From: Bacteroidales bacterium
GTDB lineage: Bacteria; Bacteroidota; Bacteroidia; Bacteroidales; NBLH01
DNA: 64,000 nt
Assembly: GCA_050296515.1 (NCBI GenBank)
Contig: JBNKRJ010000077.1
Coordinates: 7,493-71,492, forward strand
Direction of reading: 5' to 3'
A program made the position numbers and the translations under genes. The notes beneath the pieces were generated by a model. It was not told the DNA's origin. It was given only the letters and a program-made list of their open reading frames with translations, and did no database searches. The first letter of the stretch is position 1. The number at the start of each line of letters is the position of its first letter. Positions 61,303 to 64,000 of this stretch are shown piece after piece.

Positions 61303-62079
61303 TTAAATTACTATTTCACCTTCAAAAACTAATTTTGCAGGGCCCTTTAAAAAAACTTCGGTGTATTTATTTCCGTTTTCACTAAAACTAACCTCTAAAT
61401 TTCCACCTAAAGTTTTAATAGGAACTATTGAATCGGAAATATCATTCATTTTGTAAAAAGCTAATGCCGATGCAACAGAACCAGTACCACAGGAATAGGT
61501 TTCATCTTCTACTCCACGTTCATAAGTCCTAACAGCTATTCCCTTTTCTTCTAACGATACAAAGTTTACATTTGTTCCTTCCGGTTTATATTTTTCACTG
61601 TATCTAACCTCCTTACCTTTACCAAAAACATCTACTTTTTGAACATCATTGACAAATGCAACATAATGAGGTGAGCCTGTATCAAGAAATAAATGATCTT
61701 CGTTTACTTCAATCTTTTCAACATCTATCATTTTTAATTTCACTAACTCATTTTCATCAATTGATGCCTGGTGAGGACCATCACTAGCAATAAATTCTGT
61801 ATTATTTCCAATTATTCCTAAATGTTTTGCAAATGCAGTTATGCATCTGCCTCCATTGCCACACATTGTACCTCGCGCTCCATCAGAATTGTAATAATCC
61901 ATTTCGAAATCGTAATCCTTATGCGATTTTAGCAACATGAGTCCATCAGCTCCAATTCCAAATCTTCTATGGCACAAAAAACTAATCTGTTCTTTTGTCA
62001 ATTTCACTTCATTTTGTCTATTATCAATTAAAATAAAATCATTTCCTGTGCCGTGGTACTTGTAAAACTGGAGCCTCAT
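61303..62079 (-). CDS. dapF: Diaminopimelate epimerase
   Basis: KYHGTGNDF, MCGNGGRC, GSPH, ERGVEDETYSCGTG. Confidence 0.96.
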   Translation of the reverse strand: MRLQFYKYHGTGNDFILIDNRQNEVKLTKEQISFLCHRRFGIGADGLMLLKSHKDYDFEMDYYNSDGARGTMCGNGGRCITAFAKHLGIIGNNTEFIASDGPHQASIDENELVKLKMIDVEKIEVNEDHLFLDTGSPHYVAFVNDVQKVDVFGKGKEVRYSEKYKPEGTNVNFVSLEEKGIAVRTYERGVEDETYSCGTGSVASALAFYKMNDISDSIVPIKTLGGNLEVSFSENGNKYTEVFLKGPAKLVFEGEIVI

Positions 62080-62188
62080 ATTCTGTGTTAAATTTAGTTA
62101 ATTGCTTGCTTTAATATTTTCAATTCCGTTATTTTACATAAAGCAAACAAAAATAGCAATAAGTTTGTTAACAATAAAAAAGGAAACT

Positions 62189-63607
62189 ATGAAGATTAAA
62201 AACATTTTATTCATTCTAATAATAGCTACAATTGGAGGGGTTGTGGCTATTGGTGGTAGCAAATTGCTTGAGGAGGAAAAAGTTGTTGCTGAAAAAAAAG
62301 AAAACACAATTGATCCTTTTGCACGTTTTGTAAGTAGTGCAAAGGTCGATAACTCAATAGATTTTACTTATGCAGCTGAAAAGGCAATTCATGGAGTTGT
62401 TCACATCAAAACCTCATATGCAAGCCAAAGAGGCAATACGCTTTACGATTATTTATTTAGAGAACAACAAACACCGCACATGGGAGTTGGTTCCGGTGTA
62501 ATCATTTCATCAGATGGTTATATTGTAACTAATAATCATGTTATAGATATGTCAAACGAAATAGAGGTTGTTTTAAATGATAAACGGAGCTTTGACGCAA
62601 AGATTATTGGTAAAGATCCATCTACAGATTTAGCTCTTTTAAAAATTGAAGCGGAAGATCTTTCTGTGATTCCATTTGGTAATTCTGACGATATTAAAAT
62701 TGGTGAGTGGGTTCTTGCAGTTGGAAATCCATTTAATCTCACATCCACTGTTACAGCTGGAATAATTAGTGCTAAAGGAAGGAATATAAACATTATGGGA
62801 GATCAATATTCCATAGAATCATTTATTCAAACTGATGCTGCGGTAAACCCTGGAAACAGTGGTGGTGCACTTGTAAATATAAGTGGAGAACTGGTTGGTG
62901 TAAATGCCGCGATTGCTACCCAAACAGGCTCATACTCAGGATATTCATTTGCAATTCCAACTAGTATTGTTGAAAAAGTAGTAGCTGATTTAAAAGAATA
63001 TGGCATTGTTCAAAGAGCATTGCTTGGCGTTTCCATTTTAGACATGACCTCTGAAATAGCGAAATCACTTGATATGGACAAAATAGAAGGGGTTTTAGTT
63101 GAAGGAATTATGCCAGGTGGTTCAGCAGAAAAAGCTGGAATTTTAAGAAACGATGTCATTTTAAAGGTTGGTGAGAAAGATGTAAATAAAGTTTCTGAAC
63201 TTCAAGAACAGGTTGGTAGATACAGACCTGGAGATAAAGTTATTATAACTCTTAAAAGAGATAATAAGTTAAAAAAAGTTCCTGTTGTTCTTCAAAACAA
63301 AATAGGAAGTACCGAAGTAGTTAGCACTGATATTTACACTGTGCTGGGAGCAAATTTTGAGTCTCTTTCAAAAAGAGATTTGGAAAGGTACGGGCTTGCC
63401 AGTGGTGTAAGAGTAAAGGAATTACAACAAGGAAAATTGCAAAAAGCAGGAGTTCGTGAAGGTTACATTATTACACATATTAACAGAATTCCCGTTGGTA
63501 GCTTAACTGATATTGACAAAGCCTTGAAAGATGCAAGCGGCGGAGTTTATTTAAGAGGAATCTATCCAAATGGACTGGTTGAATATTATGCATTTGGAAT
63601 AGATTAA
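62189..63607 (+). CDS. htrA: HtrA/DegP serine protease with two PDZ domains
   Basis: TNNHV, DLALL, GNSGGAL triad; start probably ATG 62189. Confidence 0.93.
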   Translation: MKIKNILFILIIATIGGVVAIGGSKLLEEEKVVAEKKENTIDPFARFVSSAKVDNSIDFTYAAEKAIHGVVHIKTSYASQRGNTLYDYLFREQQTPHMGVGSGVIISSDGYIVTNNHVIDMSNEIEVVLNDKRSFDAKIIGKDPSTDLALLKIEAEDLSVIPFGNSDDIKIGEWVLAVGNPFNLTSTVTAGIISAKGRNINIMGDQYSIESFIQTDAAVNPGNSGGALVNISGELVGVNAAIATQTGSYSGYSFAIPTSIVEKVVADLKEYGIVQRALLGVSILDMTSEIAKSLDMDKIEGVLVEGIMPGGSAEKAGILRNDVILKVGEKDVNKVSELQEQVGRYRPGDKVIITLKRDNKLKKVPVVLQNKIGSTEVVSTDIYTVLGANFESLSKRDLERYGLASGVRVKELQQGKLQKAGVREGYIITHINRIPVGSLTDIDKALKDASGGVYLRGIYPNGLVEYYAFGID

Positions 63608-63765
63608 ACTTTAAATACTAGCAGCAAAAACACACCAAAATTATACTAAAAACAAGCTTGTTTACGTAATAATACCAACAATTAATGTAATAGATTATCG
63701 GGTATTAAAAATAATCTGCATATTGTAGGTTATTCTCGGTATAGCAAAAACACTAAACACAAAAA

Positions 63766-64000
63766 ATGAGACAATTAAAGATTACAAAATCCATAACGAA
63801 CAGAGAAAGTGCATCTCTTGATAAATATTTACAGGAGATTGGTCGAGAAGAATTAATTACCGTAGAAGAAGAAGTTGAATTAGCACAAAGGATAAGAAAG
63901 GGTGATCAGATAGCACTGGAGAAACTTACCAGGGCAAATTTACGCTTTGTTGTATCAGTTGCCAAACAGTATCAAAATCAAGGACTTACACTCCCTGATT
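63766..64000 (+). CDS. rpoD: Primary RNA polymerase sigma-70 factor (partial, runs off window)
   Basis: [26 protein letters not shown]...[18 protein letters not shown]. Confidence 0.93.
   Translation, partial: MRQLKITKSITNRESASLDKYLQEIGREELITVEEEVELAQRIRKGDQIALEKLTRANLRFVVSVAKQYQNQGLTLPD

Noticed and set aside
1600-62793. Numerous short opposite-strand or nested ORFs in the track (e.g. 11790-12194, 37713-38147, 47699-48316, 59322-59789)
   Set aside because: Shadows of well-supported genes, with no independent evidence.

Overview
AT-rich Bacteroidota (probably Bacteroidales/Marinilabiliales-like) chromosomal window, judged from TAnnTTTG promoters, T6SS-iii genes and the MRQLKITK primary sigma factor. 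Bases 1-9.8 kb hold a partial and apparently decaying type VI secretion (T6SS-iii) locus. It has intact tssE, tssC, tssB, tssH, tssN and tssG, a catalytically dead NlpC/P60 lipoprotein, and a tssD (Hcp) pseudogene. At its left end, a pair of covarying REP-like hairpins sits between gene fragments. The middle carries a GbsR/MarR-epimerase unit with twin operators. It also has a cluster of a sphingosine-1-phosphate-lyase-like enzyme, a DUF819 transporter, a motif-rewired FolD-like protein and a TonB receptor, plus several two-component systems. The most unusual region is 40-48.7 kb: an HTH-like/TIR/PLP-enzyme fusion converging on two secreted MORN-caspase paralogs and a papain-DUF4384 protease. 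The right end has a tandem-domain SiaB with SiaC, followed by housekeeping genes (yggS, mnmA, dapF, htrA, partial rpoD). I saw no rRNA, tRNA, CRISPR array, integrase or transposase. All family calls come from motif recognition by eye, not database searches.
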